Origin: Schizochytrium sp. TIO01
Taxonomy: Eukaryota > Protista > Bigyra: Labyrinthulomycetes
Assembly (NCBI GenBank): GCA_004764695.1
Contig: SMSO01000031.1
Span: forward strand, 4,812,436 to 4,876,435
Direction of reading: 5' to 3'
DNA: 64,000 nucleotides
Positions 49,301 through 64,000 of this stretch are shown piece by piece. The position numbers and the translations under genes were made by a program. Below the pieces are notes generated by a model. The model worked only from the letters and a program-made list of their open reading frames with translations. It had not been told where the DNA came from and did not search any database. The first letter of the stretch is position 1; every line of letters begins with the position of its first letter.

Positions 49301-52300
49301 CTTTTGATCTTCGCACTACTTTCTTTAATCTTAGACAGCCAAGAGAAGGCAGTAGGGAGTAGTACCGCCAACTTAATGGCACGAGGATGGACAAAAGAGT
49401 AGATGTTTTACTTTATGATGCCTTGTTTTTAAAGCAAAGACTGTTGACGCTCACGGGTCTCGCAAAAAGTGAGAGGAATTAGTGGCCATGGTATGAAACC
49501 CAAATTGATACTTAGGGCTTTTCATTGGAGACCAAACCTAAAGGGTTTGCAACTGCATGATTAAAGTTCATAAACTTTGCTTGCTTCACCAATGCGTTTT
49601 CTCATGCACCGTGGCAGCGACGAAAAGACGAGGAAAACAAAACCATGATCTCTATACGCCAACTACACAACTTTCGATAATGTCTAGGAGAATGATTCAA
49701 AGCTGTTTGCATAGTTTCAAGGTTGAAACTGTTCAAGATCTTCGAAACAATCTTCGAGCTGTACCGCCACGTTCTTTAAATTAGTCATGGTAGCGTCTGC
49801 TTTTCCTGTTAGAAATAAAACCCTTCTTGCGTTAATCATTATGCCGACGTGGGAAAAGAAATCGCTTCAAGCGTAAAGTTGAACTCTTTTGCCAAACTCT
49901 TTTAAAGTATTATAAAAAATCTCTTAGAAAATGTCAATGCTCCGATCATCGGATACCCGGAAACCTTTTTTTCATTGACTACTCAGTACATGTAAGACTG
50001 AGTGATATTATGAAAAAGTTACTTCTATGAATAAGCCTAATAAGGTGCAAAGTCAACTGGATAATTAGTTTAACTTCTCTTTTTGCTGTGTTCTTTTTCT
50101 TTTATTCAAAACGCTCGAGCCTCTTCAAAGCCAACTCAATATTATAAACTTTTTAAAGAAAGTAAATATATTTTCTCAAAGTGTAATTGGCTTGAGGAAG
50201 TGAATTAATAGTGCGAGATTCTGTGCTCCATAACGACACGCACACTATCTCGAACGAAGAGACTCAGATGAAAGAGCAAGAAATTGAACGAATACCCGGC
50301 TTGCCGCAATTCCACCCATGTGAGATCGTCGGGACGCGCATGGCTCTGGCGGCCGGACCGCCGTTAAATTCAATGCAACACCTATCACGTATTGGCTAAT
50401 CGACTGGCCTCGCGCAAAGTTCATAGAAATTCCCCGCCATGTGGGAATATATTCTTGTATCTTCAATATGTTTTAACGAAAGAACATTGTTTAGTAGTTT
50501 TTCTCCGCTTAGACTATTATATCTTTCTTTTTTAAATAAATTCTTTTACTCTTTTTTCAAAGTCTTAAAAAAAATACTTGAATACTTGAAATATTAAACA
50601 TAATTTTAGCGTGCAGTGTCAAATCATCTTCCCTTCTTTAAAGTTTCCAATCTTATACTAGTAATTGGTTTGATTTGCTTCTGATTAAAAGAGAAATTCA
50701 AAATACATGAAGATCTAACATTGAATGCTGGAAGGTTGAAATATTTAAGCGCTTTTAAAAAATGCTTATGAAAAGAAAATTGTTTCAAAATAAATGTTCT
50801 TTTTTTTGCATTTAAAAAGATTCGAATGGTTCGCGAATTTTGTAAAATTTTGGGGAGGATGCGCTGAGTTTCCAGTTGTATTCTTTCATACTACTACCAG
50901 AACTTTTTTTAAAACACTTTTAAATTTTAAAAATGAGAGAGAATTAAGTATCAAGAAATATTCTAATAACGCCATATAGACGACAGTCAGTCCTGCTTGC
51001 AGCGAAGGGAAAATTGTTACGATTGGCGTTCCAAGGTCAAGAAACTGAGAGATAAAGTTTCAAGACCCAAAGAGGAAACATTGTACAGAAACAAGAAATG
51101 CCACGTCAACGCAGAAAGACTTTAGAACCATCGTAACATCTACAACACCAGAGAGAGAGACCGCCCCCCCATGCGTTATCATAGAGCCATCGACAGGCTC
51201 TGATCCAAAGTACTGCTCTTCGGACTGTGCCAGGTTATTCCGAATGAGAAGTATATTCTCTTCTGCAGACTTGCTGCTATGAAATGATTTGTTGTGGTGC
51301 TGCTCAGTTGAAAGAAACCATCCTGGGAAATGAATCATGCCCCAGGGAGAAACTCGGTCTGTACAGGTAACCAACAATAGGGTGTTATTTAAATAGGTGA
51401 CTGAGTGGTTGCCAGATGTTTTCTGAAACCTGCGCAAATGATTTATTACCTTCTGTGTGACATTGATCACTACTCTACGATTCAACACAGTATATAACAG
51501 CACCTCAATACTACCGAATATAAAAAATGCAAAAGCTGAATATTGAGCTAGTTTTCGACGACGTGCTGGTACATTATGGTGAAGACAGTAACTATAAAAG
51601 CTAGCAAAAATCAACGTCTATTGTTGCTTCTTATGTCATACAAGCTGATTGTGAAGGCATATTTGATTGCAAGCCACCAGACTGTTTCAGGAAACCCTAG
51701 GTACTTCCTAGCAGCAGAAAACGTCTTTCTGATGGATTTTCCTACAACACATTGCCGTTTTACGTACTAAAAGATCTGTTGGCTCTCAACAATTGAAGCA
51801 ATCATGTTTTCAGTTTGGTTGCTTAGTCTTCGAATTCCAAAGCTAAAGATTTAGAGGCAGAGTCGCCTATTGATGACGGTACATAAACGTTTTGTGTGTT
51901 CTTCATTACTCATTTATGAGAGTGCTATTGCCAGACTGAAAGAACGTCACTTCTCACATGAAGAGGACTGATCGTCGCGATTTTCGATTTTTGGTGATTC
52001 TGTCACCTGTCATACTGCGAGTCCTAATGAGTTATAAATATATGAGTTGTCGAACCTGCCTTCGTGCTAACATAATCTTAAACTTTTAACTTGCAAGTCA
52101 AGTAGCTTCAAGTATTATGTCACGATTTCCAATTAATTAAACTTTAAACTTATAATTTAAAAAATTCTACTTTCGAAAAAAGTCTTCCCCTACGATTTGA
52201 TTTTATTATAAACAATACTTTATTCCTAACAATTTTCTCAATTATAATAACTTTTAAATATGCTTGAACATGAAAAAAAAAAAAAGATTAAAAAGATAAG

Positions 52301-53325
52301 TCTCAATCAATACAGATCATTTTAATATTATTTCTTAATAAATAATTAAAAAAACAAAAAGTTTTCGGTCTATCCATGAACGATCGTTAGTCATTTCTGA
52401 GACAGACTAGCAGACCTTCTGAATACAATAGGTCACTCGCCATCTCTCTTCGCTGGCCACCGAGCTTGATAGCGTCCAAGCGTCTTATTAGCTAGCTTAT
52501 TATGATTCATTGTGAATTCATCTTCAAAAGCCATTCGCTAGCCGATCACCTACCTCCTGTCCTAGTAGTAGCGATTTCTTTAGTTCCCCTCCTTACAGTT
52601 TTAGCACCTGGGTTAGTAATATAAAAGTCACTAACCCAGGGTTTCTCCAGTCCAGGGTTTCCCTGATTTGAGCTGGAGTCTGCCTCGTCTCTTGCTCCAG
52701 ATGGACATTGGAAGCTGGCTCAGGAAACAGCAGAGGCCGGCTTTGGACCCGGAGACTTTAGTATCTCCGAACGTCCAAGTCCACTCTGAAGCTGTTCCAC
52801 CGCATTCGATCGGTCGCAAAGAAAGCGAACTCAGCAGATGACTGATGGCTCTTCTATGCAAGCGCGATTTGATGAATAAAAGTCTGAAGACCAAAAATAG
52901 AAATCAATGGGAAATGAATGATGAAGAACAGTAAAGCAACAGGGAGTGAGCAAAACTTTGAGGATTTCGGGTAATGCTTGGGCAGGACAAGCAAGCAGGT
53001 CAGTAATGAGACAAGGAGCTGCGAAAAAGCGCCGAGTGTTTCAAGAAATCCTGTTAAGACCGTGGAACTATGGTAAGATTGCTTTTATCTATGAATGTAC
53101 CACATCGATTCAATTTATACTTCAACAGCAGCAGGTTTACCTCGAAATACTATATTCTTTTACAACAACTAATAACGAATACCCTATAGGTATATGCAGG
53201 TAAACATAATATTTGCCAATAGTGTACGTAGGTACCTAGTATAGTACAGAGAACGAGGAGTGGATCATCAGGTTGGACCTGGAAGTTATAACTAGGGGAA
53301 ACCGCCAGTACTTCGTAAGAACTGG

Positions 53326-53450
<125 letters not shown>

Positions 53451-56400
53451 TACTTTCCTTCTTTTGCTTCATGCAATTTGTCTGTTTCAGGGGAGTGCGT
53501 GCTACTACCGCTGATCATGAGCTGTTCAACACCTCGCACGCGAACCGTGGTGCACGCAGGGGAAGGGAAAGTGAGCCTGCATTGGTGGACAACGACCGAC
53601 GCCAGGACCAGGTCCGCCTCACTCCAAGCCCTACATCACGAGTTTGCTGGAGAGCAGCTGCAAGGGAAGGACCGTCGTTGGCGGTGTGCTTTCTTTGTAC
53701 AGTTCCTGGGATCTCATCCGTAGGCTGAGAGTAAGTAACTTGTCTGCCTTCTTGTTTTTCCCAGCACGTCGTCGTAGACCTAGTAATACGAGCAGTAGGA
53801 GCTCATGTAGGAAGTGTAAGCCTAAATTAGATCAAGCGCTGCTTGTTATTTTGCTGCCAACATCAGCTTAAGATAGTCGGCAAAGCTGCCTGTGTCCCTC
53901 GCTTAGTGAGCTGAAGGAATGAAGGGTTTGCGTCAAAGGGTGTGCGCAAAGCTTGGTGCATTATAATTTTAATGACACATAGTGGGCAAGAACCCTGGCC
54001 CAGCTAAGGACTGGCCAGACTTTGACAAGTGGCCTGGGTGAAAATGTGTTCATGAATGGAATTCGTTGACTTTATCAAATGCTCAAGTTTCCTTATCCTA
54101 GGTATCTACAGGTTGCTTGGTGCCCTTGCGCGATCGTAATTAAAATTAATGGTTCGCCCCGCGAATCGTTGGGCTTAATACTAGGTACCCACCTACGTAC
54201 CGACTTCGAAGTCAGACACTTATTTATAATACTTTTACTGTGTCTTTACACTTGAAACAAGCCAAATGAATTAAAGGAAATTAATTTTCTTCTTCATATT
54301 TCGCGTTGATGGAACCTCTCTAGGGCTCCTCATTGATTTTGATGTTTAAAATTATATAAATAATCATCAGACACCTTTTGCGGCCTCCAAAGATCCTTGC
54401 GAAACTCCGTGAGGTGGTATTTAAGAAAAAGACCAGCTAATAGGCAGCGAAGCAGCATGATTGCCCTCAAAGTTAGACGCACATGTAAGGTTCTGAACAC
54501 TAATTTTATACCTGTGGCTCTATTTCAAGTTGTCAACGATATTGATCATGATCGTTTGTACCTGCATTATAGAACAAACTTTACCAAATCTGTCTTATCT
54601 TTTACTTGTGCGCGTCGTTTCTTTCATTTGAGGAACATCTTAGCATAGTTCTTTTTATTTTGCCTATTTGGTTACGACATCACACTTCAGAACATAACAT
54701 TCTTTCTTTCCCTTGAAGTTTGAAGGACAGATGGAGGAAACATTGGTAATTGTCATCTAACGAGTGGAAAGAGTGTGACTTGGCAACCATGATGTGAAAT
54801 AGAAAATGAGGGGAGACATTATGCTGAGAAGTAAACGCAGCTGTAGCTTTTAAAATGTACGCAATAACGAACTTTCCCTTTATAAACCTCCCCCCCCATC
54901 CACGCATCCCCGTCCTGAGTGAAAACCGAGCATAGATTAGGTGGAAACGTCCATATAGCGCCCAAAGTCAGAATATTCAAAGGCTCATGAAATCTCCCTA
55001 CGTGAGACAGAATACATTCTCCAGATACGAAAACCCGAAGGACTCCATTTAACAAGTCGTTCCTTAATTGAGGTATACCACTTGATTTGCCCTCCAATCA
55101 CTCTGTAAAAAGCTGCATCAGTACCTATCACTTTTGTTTAATTTTGATGGCTCTGAATTAGAGAGCGAATCTTTGTTCCTTTTTTATTATTTCTTAAGAG
55201 TGAAGCGATAGTCAATTTGGATGATGCTCTCTTTTTTGTCTCCTAGAATATATTTAAAAGCTGGCGCCTCAATCTTGATTATTTGAAAAAGCGTCGTATA
55301 TCAGATTTTCGATAATAGTTGCTTTACGGAAACCTACAGAAGAAAGTTAGCTGTTTTGTTTCTACCATTACTCATGTCGAAATATCAGCATGTCGAAGTA
55401 CTGGCCTTTTTGTTTCATTCATTTTTTAGATGTTTGTCCCAGGAAGATTTGAGAGGCTTTGCGAGCCGAGGCAATAGAAGATAGTGTTTATCCGCAGGCG
55501 CCAATAGTACGTAGCATTTTAGACATTCTCATGATGCTTGGTTCTAAACACATCTTTCGGTGTCCCCTGCTGTCTACGCATGAAACTCTATCTATGAAAC
55601 TCTATCTTTTCTCTTCTTCTGCCTGTGGAACTCAAGGTTACTTAATGAAATGCAGAATATGTAAATTTTCATTCATTCGAGTAAGAGAATCACAAATCTA
55701 TAAAAGTTGAGGTCGTGAAACATTCTTGTAGTTTCTGCGCAGTCTCATTTGGTAAACCTTACGTTTTTATAGTATGTCTAGAATTGGCGAAATCTAGAGG
55801 AAAAGAAAACTCCGTCGCTTTCGAAGCATGAATGGATCTTACTGCTGGCGTTTTCAAATTAAATACCTGATTTTTATATTCTTCGTAAATCAACTGCATT
55901 GCACCAGGTCGTGAGAATTAAATTTATTTATTCACACAGAAGTTGAATTCTTGAAACCTGAAGTCACTCTTTTACCTGTGGCTGCTACTTTCTAAGGAAT
56001 GATTCTGCTACTTCTGTCTCTAATTTCTCTCTTGGATTCACTTATAAACTTTACCAGCAGAAAACATTTCGGACGTTTCCACCACAATCCCGGATGTTCC
56101 ATCTTGATGTATTTTTTTAAAGTGTTACTTTGAAACAGTTGTCCTTGTGTCAGCATAAAAAGTTTCATTGATCTAATTTCTTTCATGCAGCTCATTTGCG
56201 AAGCATCTTCCCGTTATTACTGTATTTCCAAAATCTCTGTGACTCGAGGGGTTCTAGTCCAAGTAAAATGACTGATAGGAAGGAAGTGATAGTCTTTGCC
56301 TGACAACCATAATAGTGTTTACAACTTAATCACACCATGGTTGTCGTTTTTATTTATCGATCATCAAAGTAAGGGGTTACAATCTTTTGCAACCAAGGCC

Positions 56401-59400
56401 ACTATGCTTCTTGGCTTCGCCGCAATTTTGCTCCCTCTTACCCAGGTAAGTAGTGAGGCCTGACAGAAGGTCAAGAAAGCCACTCCTAAAAACATTCATA
56501 CCATACACCACAAGAAGGTATTCTTCAGAGCCTCTCGTTGGAGACTTCAAAGAGAAATAATCGAGTACGCACTAGTACCTAGGCGCCTAGCTAGCTATCT
56601 AGCTAGTCATTTCTGCGGATCTGATTCATTGCTGCCTCTCCCATTACTTAGATCGTGTGCTGGAGCTCAAAGGAGCAGAGCCTAAACATGTAGAACACTC
56701 ATGACTTTTGGAAACCACCGGAATTCCTCGTCTCTGTGCACACTCAGAGCAGGAAGATTGCTGCACGAGATCCAGGGAGGCTTTTGGCCACCAGTACAGA
56801 TTAGTAAATTCATTACCAAAACGTTTGTTCACGAATTATGAGGCACCTACCCACCTCCCTACCTTCCTACCTCCCTACCTTCCTGCCTACTGACTGGAGA
56901 AGTATATACCTTATAACAACTCTGGGCTATGAATTTGTTGACGAAGTCTCATCCTCATCACCACTTCTCACAAAAGAACGAATGAGCGGCCACTGGCTGA
57001 GAAAACTTGTGACCAAGGTAAAAACTCTGATGCGTCGATATCAAGTACGATCCAACAGGTAATCAGTGCGGGTACTTGACTGGCTGCTGATGACAAAACT
57101 GCCAAAGCATAAGACCCACCTAGGCACCTACCTTCAGTTTCTGTCGTGTTTTGCCTTGGCCAGCAATTCGAAGGAGAATTGTGGGGCTATTTGCGTGAGA
57201 AATCAGAACGAGTAACGCAACTGACTTTGCCCCAATCATCAAATCGCATATGACGTAGAATCGATTTGCTCATGAAGAAGAGGTGCGGCGACATAGTTTC
57301 GTGTATGTGTGCACGCGCATACTCTTCGTTTAGGTTTGTCCTGGCTCAGCGAGCCTGAAGCCGCTCCAGAACCGTGCATGCTGAGCCCTTCGGCAAAGAG
57401 GTTTGTGTGCGAGAAACTAAAGAAGAGTTAGGATTCTTCGGTTATCTTGCTTAACACAATCGAGATTTTACAACGGCAACTTCTTGTGCGCAATCGTGGA
57501 CGGCTTTCTTTAACTTGAAGAACCTGCAAACCCATCTCTACTGTCTTACACCTCAGTCTAGATTGATTGACTGTGTGCTACCCGAATCCATCAAGTCTGA
57601 TCAAATTCCACATACAGGGCCCTGGTTTTGGAATCAAGACAGAGGCCGATCAGCACTCGATTTAAGTAGCACCTGCTTCTGGTTCGAGGTCTCCATTCCA
57701 GGCTTGTGGACAAAACTTATCCATATGTAAGCACCTCCTCTAACCAAGGACCCACACAGAAACCTTTATGCGTGTTTTATGAAAAGTTTTCTAATATTGC
57801 CCTCCTCGCGCGTGCAGCAGGAACCAACTTTAATTTTAGAATATACTTACTAGCCAAAGGAAAAAACGTGTCTCTGGCCATATAGAAACAACCTGGGGTT
57901 TCAATCCAAAGGGATCATATGGCAGGTGAGGGTAGCAGTTAGCACTCTTCAATCTTCTACAGCTCAAAACGATGTCTGGGTATTGCGACTTTCTTCTAAA
58001 ATTTAAATTCCTGTCTGAGACTCCTTTCTCTTGTAACTCTATGACCATGATTTGTTGAAAACATTAAAAAATTAAAAATTAAAATTGTTTTTAAGTACCC
58101 GACTGATTGCAAGTTATTACTTTTCCTTTTCTTTTTTGGTTTATACTTATTATCTTTCGTTTTACCACTAGATACTTTTCTCTAAGATGTTGAATTTTAT
58201 TTTCAAGTTTGATCTGCCAGTCGAGAGGACTTTCCATTCCCTGCTCTCTTTCAAGGAACCGAATACGGCAACTGAGAACCATTACGACTTCGCAGTCGCC
58301 TGTATAAAATATGTAATCGCTAGAAGAGGCATAGGATGTGCTAGCTGTGTGGTTGATGAAGCAGTTGTCGTGGAGTAAAAGATTGTAAACCACTCTTCTT
58401 TTGCAATCGATCCTGGTCTACTAAGAAGATTAGCAGAATTGCGAGACGTACTGTATGATTATGCGTATTCTTTTGATTTTACTGAAGCGTCAATCCTTTA
58501 TTTCTACGCATGTTGGTTTTGAAGTTGCGACTTGAAATCAGACAAATAGCAAAAAGATCTCGTGTGACGTAGGACAGTCTCGTGTTCAATGAGGACTGCG
58601 GGGCAAGGCCGCAACGCAGGGGTAAGACAGCACATCTAAAAAAGAAGTATACAGTATTTCGCTGACTTAAGAAGGAAAGGATCGAACAGCGAACGCTCGC
58701 TCGCTTGCTTAATTTGAATCGAAAGGTTCAGTGCATTCTATTCCAGAGTTCGTTGTAGTTTTGTCGTTGTTTCATCTATTTAAATGCGTAGCCTTAGTAT
58801 CGTGAATCTGGTATTCACAATTTACTATTTTGTAGGCAATACCCGACGAATGTACATTTCAGTCGCACCCAGCATAGATCAGACTTTCTTCACAGAAGAT
58901 ATGATTGAATATAAATGCTCTTTGCTATCAAGAGAGTAATCAAACCAGTTATAGAACTATCAAAAGGTGGCAGAATGTGCGCCCCTGCATACTAGTTTGC
59001 AAATTCTAGACTCCAGGCTTTTCCCTCGCTTTAATTGGTCCGCCACCGCACCGAAATCTGGAAACATTAATCCGCAAGTGATCATCTTGCTTACTACTCT
59101 CTCAAAAGTATTCAAGGTTTGAGTCCCATGTTGGTTCGTCCAATAGTTTCTTGAAATTTTTAACTGTTATCACTGCCTTCAAATATAAACACAAATTGCC
59201 ATTGAAACATCTTCACATCCGGCATAGCAGTAGAATTTAACACGCATAATTCAACGTCTTGCTTCATGGACAATAATGCAATTCACTTCATTGAAGCGTT
59301 ATCGACTTAAAGCAAGAAATCCCTCTGCAAGGATATCACAGTTTCATGACAATGGGTCTCGTACAGTCAGTACTTATTCTCTTCATGATGGAGAAAGTAA

Positions 59401-62400
59401 CAACAACAAAGATGACAAGTATCGTGCTTGATTGAAGCCGCTTTCAGAATGCGTATGAGCAGAGTCGAATATTATGTCATATTCAACCATATTTTACAGT
59501 TTCTCAAATCCTCTTCAACGTCTACGGTCAGGAATATTTTAATGAGCACGTTCATTGTGGTTCAACTCCGTTGAAAAGCAATGTCACAAGAAAAATAGGT
59601 ACAAGTTTGCGAGTCTATATAGATACAGAAAGATTTTCATGACTGAAATATGATCTGCTACACCAGTATTCTCTACATTGTGCCAAGGTTTACCACTTTT
59701 CTGTCATAATGAGAGCTAATTCCGCTTTGTGCATGCCGCTGTCTTAGTCTGTAACTATTCTTCATTCGCTCCTAGCATTATGATATCTCAAATGGTAGGG
59801 TAATTTTAATTTTCGTCTCCACTTGCTGGGTATGCATGTTTCACTGAGATGATGGCTTAAGTTGCGTCATTTTCAGAATGGCTCCCAAATTTGACTTCGT
59901 GATGAATTGATTCCTGATCTTACTACAAACAATGCCACAATTCTTTATTTTACATAAAGGAAATAGCTCTCTATTCATTAGTGCTAGCTGCAACAAGGTC
60001 TAGTCTAGTTCATTCACAATGACAGCTGGTGCTTACCTACCTACCTTGGCTTTAAGATCGCCAACAAAATTGAAAAGAAATAACTGCTCTTGAAAACACA
60101 TAAAAACAACGACAAGTTTGAGGTCTGTGTTCTGTATCTACACACCACCCAACGTTTTCACTTTATTACGACTCATCCTAATTTATTTTTTCATAATAAA
60201 AAGGACTCAGTGTTAGGTCTCCTTCTTCTTTTCTTCTCTTCTAACAATACAGTGATGAAAACCCGTATTTAAATTTTCGGCAAACCCAAAGGCTGCTCAT
60301 CTTTAAAGCTTTCAGGTTGGAATAGACAATCCTCATGGGGTCAACTGGTGTTCCCTTTCTATGACACGAAAATGTTTCGTTTTTGTTTTCCTCTAACTCG
60401 TTTCGCGTTTTTCAATCATAGTTATAACTAGATAGTAGTATCTACCTATTTCGTAATCCAATCAGAAGAAGCTGAGTCACTTGACAAAACGTCGCAAGAG
60501 GATGGCGCAACCTCTTTGTTAGTCTCTTCTATGCTACCAAACTTTAGCTTTTAGAGCTGACCAGCAGCTCTTTTCACGGAATCGCTTTGACCGTACAAAA
60601 CAAAACTTGCTGTCTATCTTCTTAACCAGAGCTATCCCTTCATCTTCATCTAAAGCTTTTATGTTTAAGGAGATATTTTGCCCTCGTTCTGGCTAAATAA
60701 AGGCCTTTTCCTTTTTTTCTTTTTCTTTTTTTACTTTTTACTTTTCCTTTATTTCTACTTTTATCAGCTCCTTGCAGATTACCCCTGTTTTTTGTACCTT
60801 TTCTCTTGGAGTAGGTACTAGACCCAGAGGCTTTACGCTTAAAGCTTAGAATTATTTATAAATACAGTGTCTTTTTTTTTAAATTAATTGATTTCGTTTT
60901 TGATTTCGATCAATCGCATCGAGCTTGTAAGTCAACGCTCTGAAACGAACCTCAGTTTAATGCAGCAACCATCCACGAGATAGCAGTACTATAATCTTTT
61001 TATCCAATAAAGGATACAAATACAGCTATCAAGATTAAAGTCAAACCTGCCCTTAGAATCCTGCATTGAAGTATACAAGATGTTTTTTTAGTTTTAGTTT
61101 TTTTTCATATTCCTAAGCATACATCGAAACTAAATTGGTGTTGCCCTTCTGACATTCTTCGTGGTCTTCTGCTCAGATTCCCCCAGGATTTATAAAGCAC
61201 TTTATTTCCCCAACGACTGTTTCTAAAGTATAACCATATTATGTTTCTGTGTGCAGAAGAATGGTCATGAACACTCTTCTTTCTAAAAATTTGGTGAGGC
61301 ATGAATGTAAACTATTGGATCGCAACGAGCCACAGCCTTCTCTTTCTAAGGTCCTTGTCGTCTGTCATAACACATGTAACTCTTTAGCAATTTACTTTAG
61401 ACAGAAACATGTGTAACCACGCTCATTATGTCGCACATTAAACTTTTCGTGGTCTACTAATAGTTGGTCGGCTCACGTTCTGCTCGTAATATGCATGTAC
61501 AAGGCTCCAGTGAGATATACATCAATTTGAAAGATAGATCTTTCTAAATTCTTTATAATCACCAACACAGCGCGCATAGCAACTTCCATACGCATGTGGC
61601 AAATGGCAAGGGGAACAGTTGCAAACATGATAAAGTGCTACAGCAAAAACACACAACACAACATGCGTAAGTCAGAACATATGGATCAATTTCGAATTAC
61701 CGCCGCCGGAAATGCATCAGTTCTCGTTGGAAAGCTCAAACCCTTTCACGCGAGCATAAATTGGACAATTAAATAGTGTCAAGTTGGGGTCATTGACTCC
61801 AGCAGTCCATGGAGGATGAATTAATTTTTCCTTCGAGTCTATATAGAGTCTGTGTTGTAACTCAAAGTCAAATTTTTCACGGTACAAATAATTCACACCA
61901 CTCTAACAAAGAGGGAAACATAAAACATGTTGTTTATCTTGACTGACTCCTGTCAAGTAGGGACCTTATCAACTGTTTACAATTACATGATCGCCTGGAT
62001 TTTGCTTCATCACTTGTAAGCAGTCGATGTAATAGTCTAAATCTAGTACTTTTTTCACTAACGAATGCTCATTTATAAAATATCTGACGTGCTAGATACC
62101 GGATTTGAGAATGGACGAGGTGGTATGGAGGATTAAGGCAGAACATTCGAAATTTGTATCCACGCTTAATATTCATTGATATGTCAATCTCGAAAAGTAA
62201 CATGCATCGCATGTGGTGCCTGATCATTATGGTTTGGTATGTCGCTCGATCAAATCTGTGTGTTTTGCACTTGACGATTGTTTGGGCAATCCCAAAGATT
62301 GATTCAGACTTTGGTTATTTGTTCTTAAGTGAACGTGGACGTGGAAGTGTCATTACGAATACCTGGATTTTCAAGTTAGGTATTACATAGAATTTACACA

Positions 62401-64000
62401 GGTGACTCATTCTCGTTTGGGTAGTGCATCAAGGGCTCTATGACCATGCATTTGTCTTTAAGATCTCACAATTGAGCATCTTTGGACGCAGGCAGAAAAT
62501 AGCAAACTTTACTTTTGAGTTGTTCAATTTATATACTTGCAAAAATTGATTGCGTTGAGAAAAGACTTTAAAGAATGCAGGTAACTTAGAACCTTGCCAA
62601 TCGATAGATGTGCTTAGATTTCCAATCGAAGGAACTAGTGGACAAGACATTGATAGAGTTCTTGGCGTCCCTTCATGAAACCCTAGTCAAGCTGCTCTGA
62701 CTTCGGTACAATTGCCTGGTGCTTGCGTACAACTATATGTGGCCATTGCTTTCTGCAGCTCTGTAGAGCATTGGCTATTAAATTAACCTACCAGGACTGG
62801 ATCAGCTCTGATTTGCATGATGAAGTAGCGGAATCTGCGAATCCGCGGACCCCTTCTCGCTATATAATGTAAATTGCCACCATAAGAATTGCCGTAAATA
62901 AGGTTTGACAATAGAGAAAGAGTAGGCAGCCAGATTTATGTGGCTGCCGGAGTCAAGAACCAGAAGTGTAAATACACATTACCTACATCCAAGCATGGTG
63001 TAACTTAAGTTGATGGTTGTAGAGGTTAAATTAACCTAAATCCATCGATTATCTCTAGCACCTTTCAAGAAAGTCTTAACCACCTTAATTACTGCATGAA
63101 TTTATCTGTACTGGAATTCATTCTCCATGACAGCAGCTCGCTAACTCTTAAATCAGCCTTCTTAAAGCCTTCATCAAGACCCGTGCCTTCATCTTTATAG
63201 TTAACCTCAAGCTGACCAGAATCATCTTTCAGCAATATGACAGGGCGGACTCCAAAAATGAGAATTCAGGAGGTATATTTCCAAAATCATAAACACGCGT
63301 ATCTTCTAGAAGATCCTGTATGGTTGATATTGCATGATCAGGCTCTTGAAACATTGGAAAAGAGTAACTTTCTTGACTTATGTCAGTCATACGATTGAGG
63401 GGCCATTCTTAACGGTAGATTGTGAGCTTTGCAAAAAGATTTCAAGCTTCAACAAACGACAAATGTCTGCTGAATTGGCACACTGCAATATTCACCATTC
63501 AGTCCTCCTAAAAGCTCAAGGAACAAAAGATTAGAACACCTGCGTCATTATGCCCGCGTGTTGTTCAGCATAACTTCTTGGTTTAAAACATGCGAACTAT
63601 TGACAAGGTTACGAGATCTTGAAACATGATGTTTTGATCGAAAATTTGTAAGGGCGGGTTCTCTTAACCAAAGAAAAAAAATTGATGGAGGTTTTTTGAG
63701 GTCACATGGAAGAAGCCTGAGACACATGAAACAGCTGTTAACCACGCTTCACGAGTAATTCGAAAACAGGATGGATTAAATCAATTTCGTTCTGTTGTAG
63801 GATGGATATAAGACTTGTTCGTATAATATCCTCGAATAAGGCACTACGTATGAGCAATCGAAACGTGATCATAAGATTCATTAATTACTTTAGCTTGATA
63901 TTTCAAGATAAATGAATTTTCACGACTGCAGTTAAGTAGAGCCGTATACTTTATGAAACACAAAATAAAAAACTTGCCAGGAAAATACTCCCTTGGCGAG

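Noticed and set aside
51060-51614. Longest ORF in the desert (184 aa)
   Set aside because: TTG start, no recognisable domain and random-like composition.
57670-59135. tRNA T-loop-like strings (GGTTCGAGG at ~57681, GGTTTGAGTCCC at ~59116) and a U6-like AGAAGATTAGCA at ~58424
   Set aside because: No T-stem or acceptor-stem pairing, and no flanking U6 sequence; these are short chance matches.

Overview
Eukaryotic genomic DNA that is intron-poor and rich in microsatellites. Its overall style resembles a thraustochytrid/labyrinthulomycete protist, but this is an inference that cannot be proven here. The first ~26 kb holds seven protein-coding genes: (1) an S9-family (cGEP-like) peptidase with a complete NUDT9-type ADP-ribose pyrophosphatase domain inserted in its beta-propeller; (2) a glycerophosphodiester phosphodiesterase with a probable mitochondrial presequence; (3) a phosducin-like PhLP2 protein; (4,5) a head-to-head pair of bacterial-type cobalamin nucleotide-loop genes, cobT and cobS; (6) an ankyrin/PH/IQ protein; (7) a Q/S/P/Y-rich Myb/SANT-like factor split by a single-base frameshift. 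The remaining ~38 kb has no recognisable gene; it alternates short AT-rich islands with mixed sequence and long tetranucleotide repeats. The best candidates for new biology are the eukaryotic cobT-cobS module (a plausible vitamin B12 salvage/remodelling system with a DMB-selective-looking CobT) and the Nudix-in-peptidase fusion.
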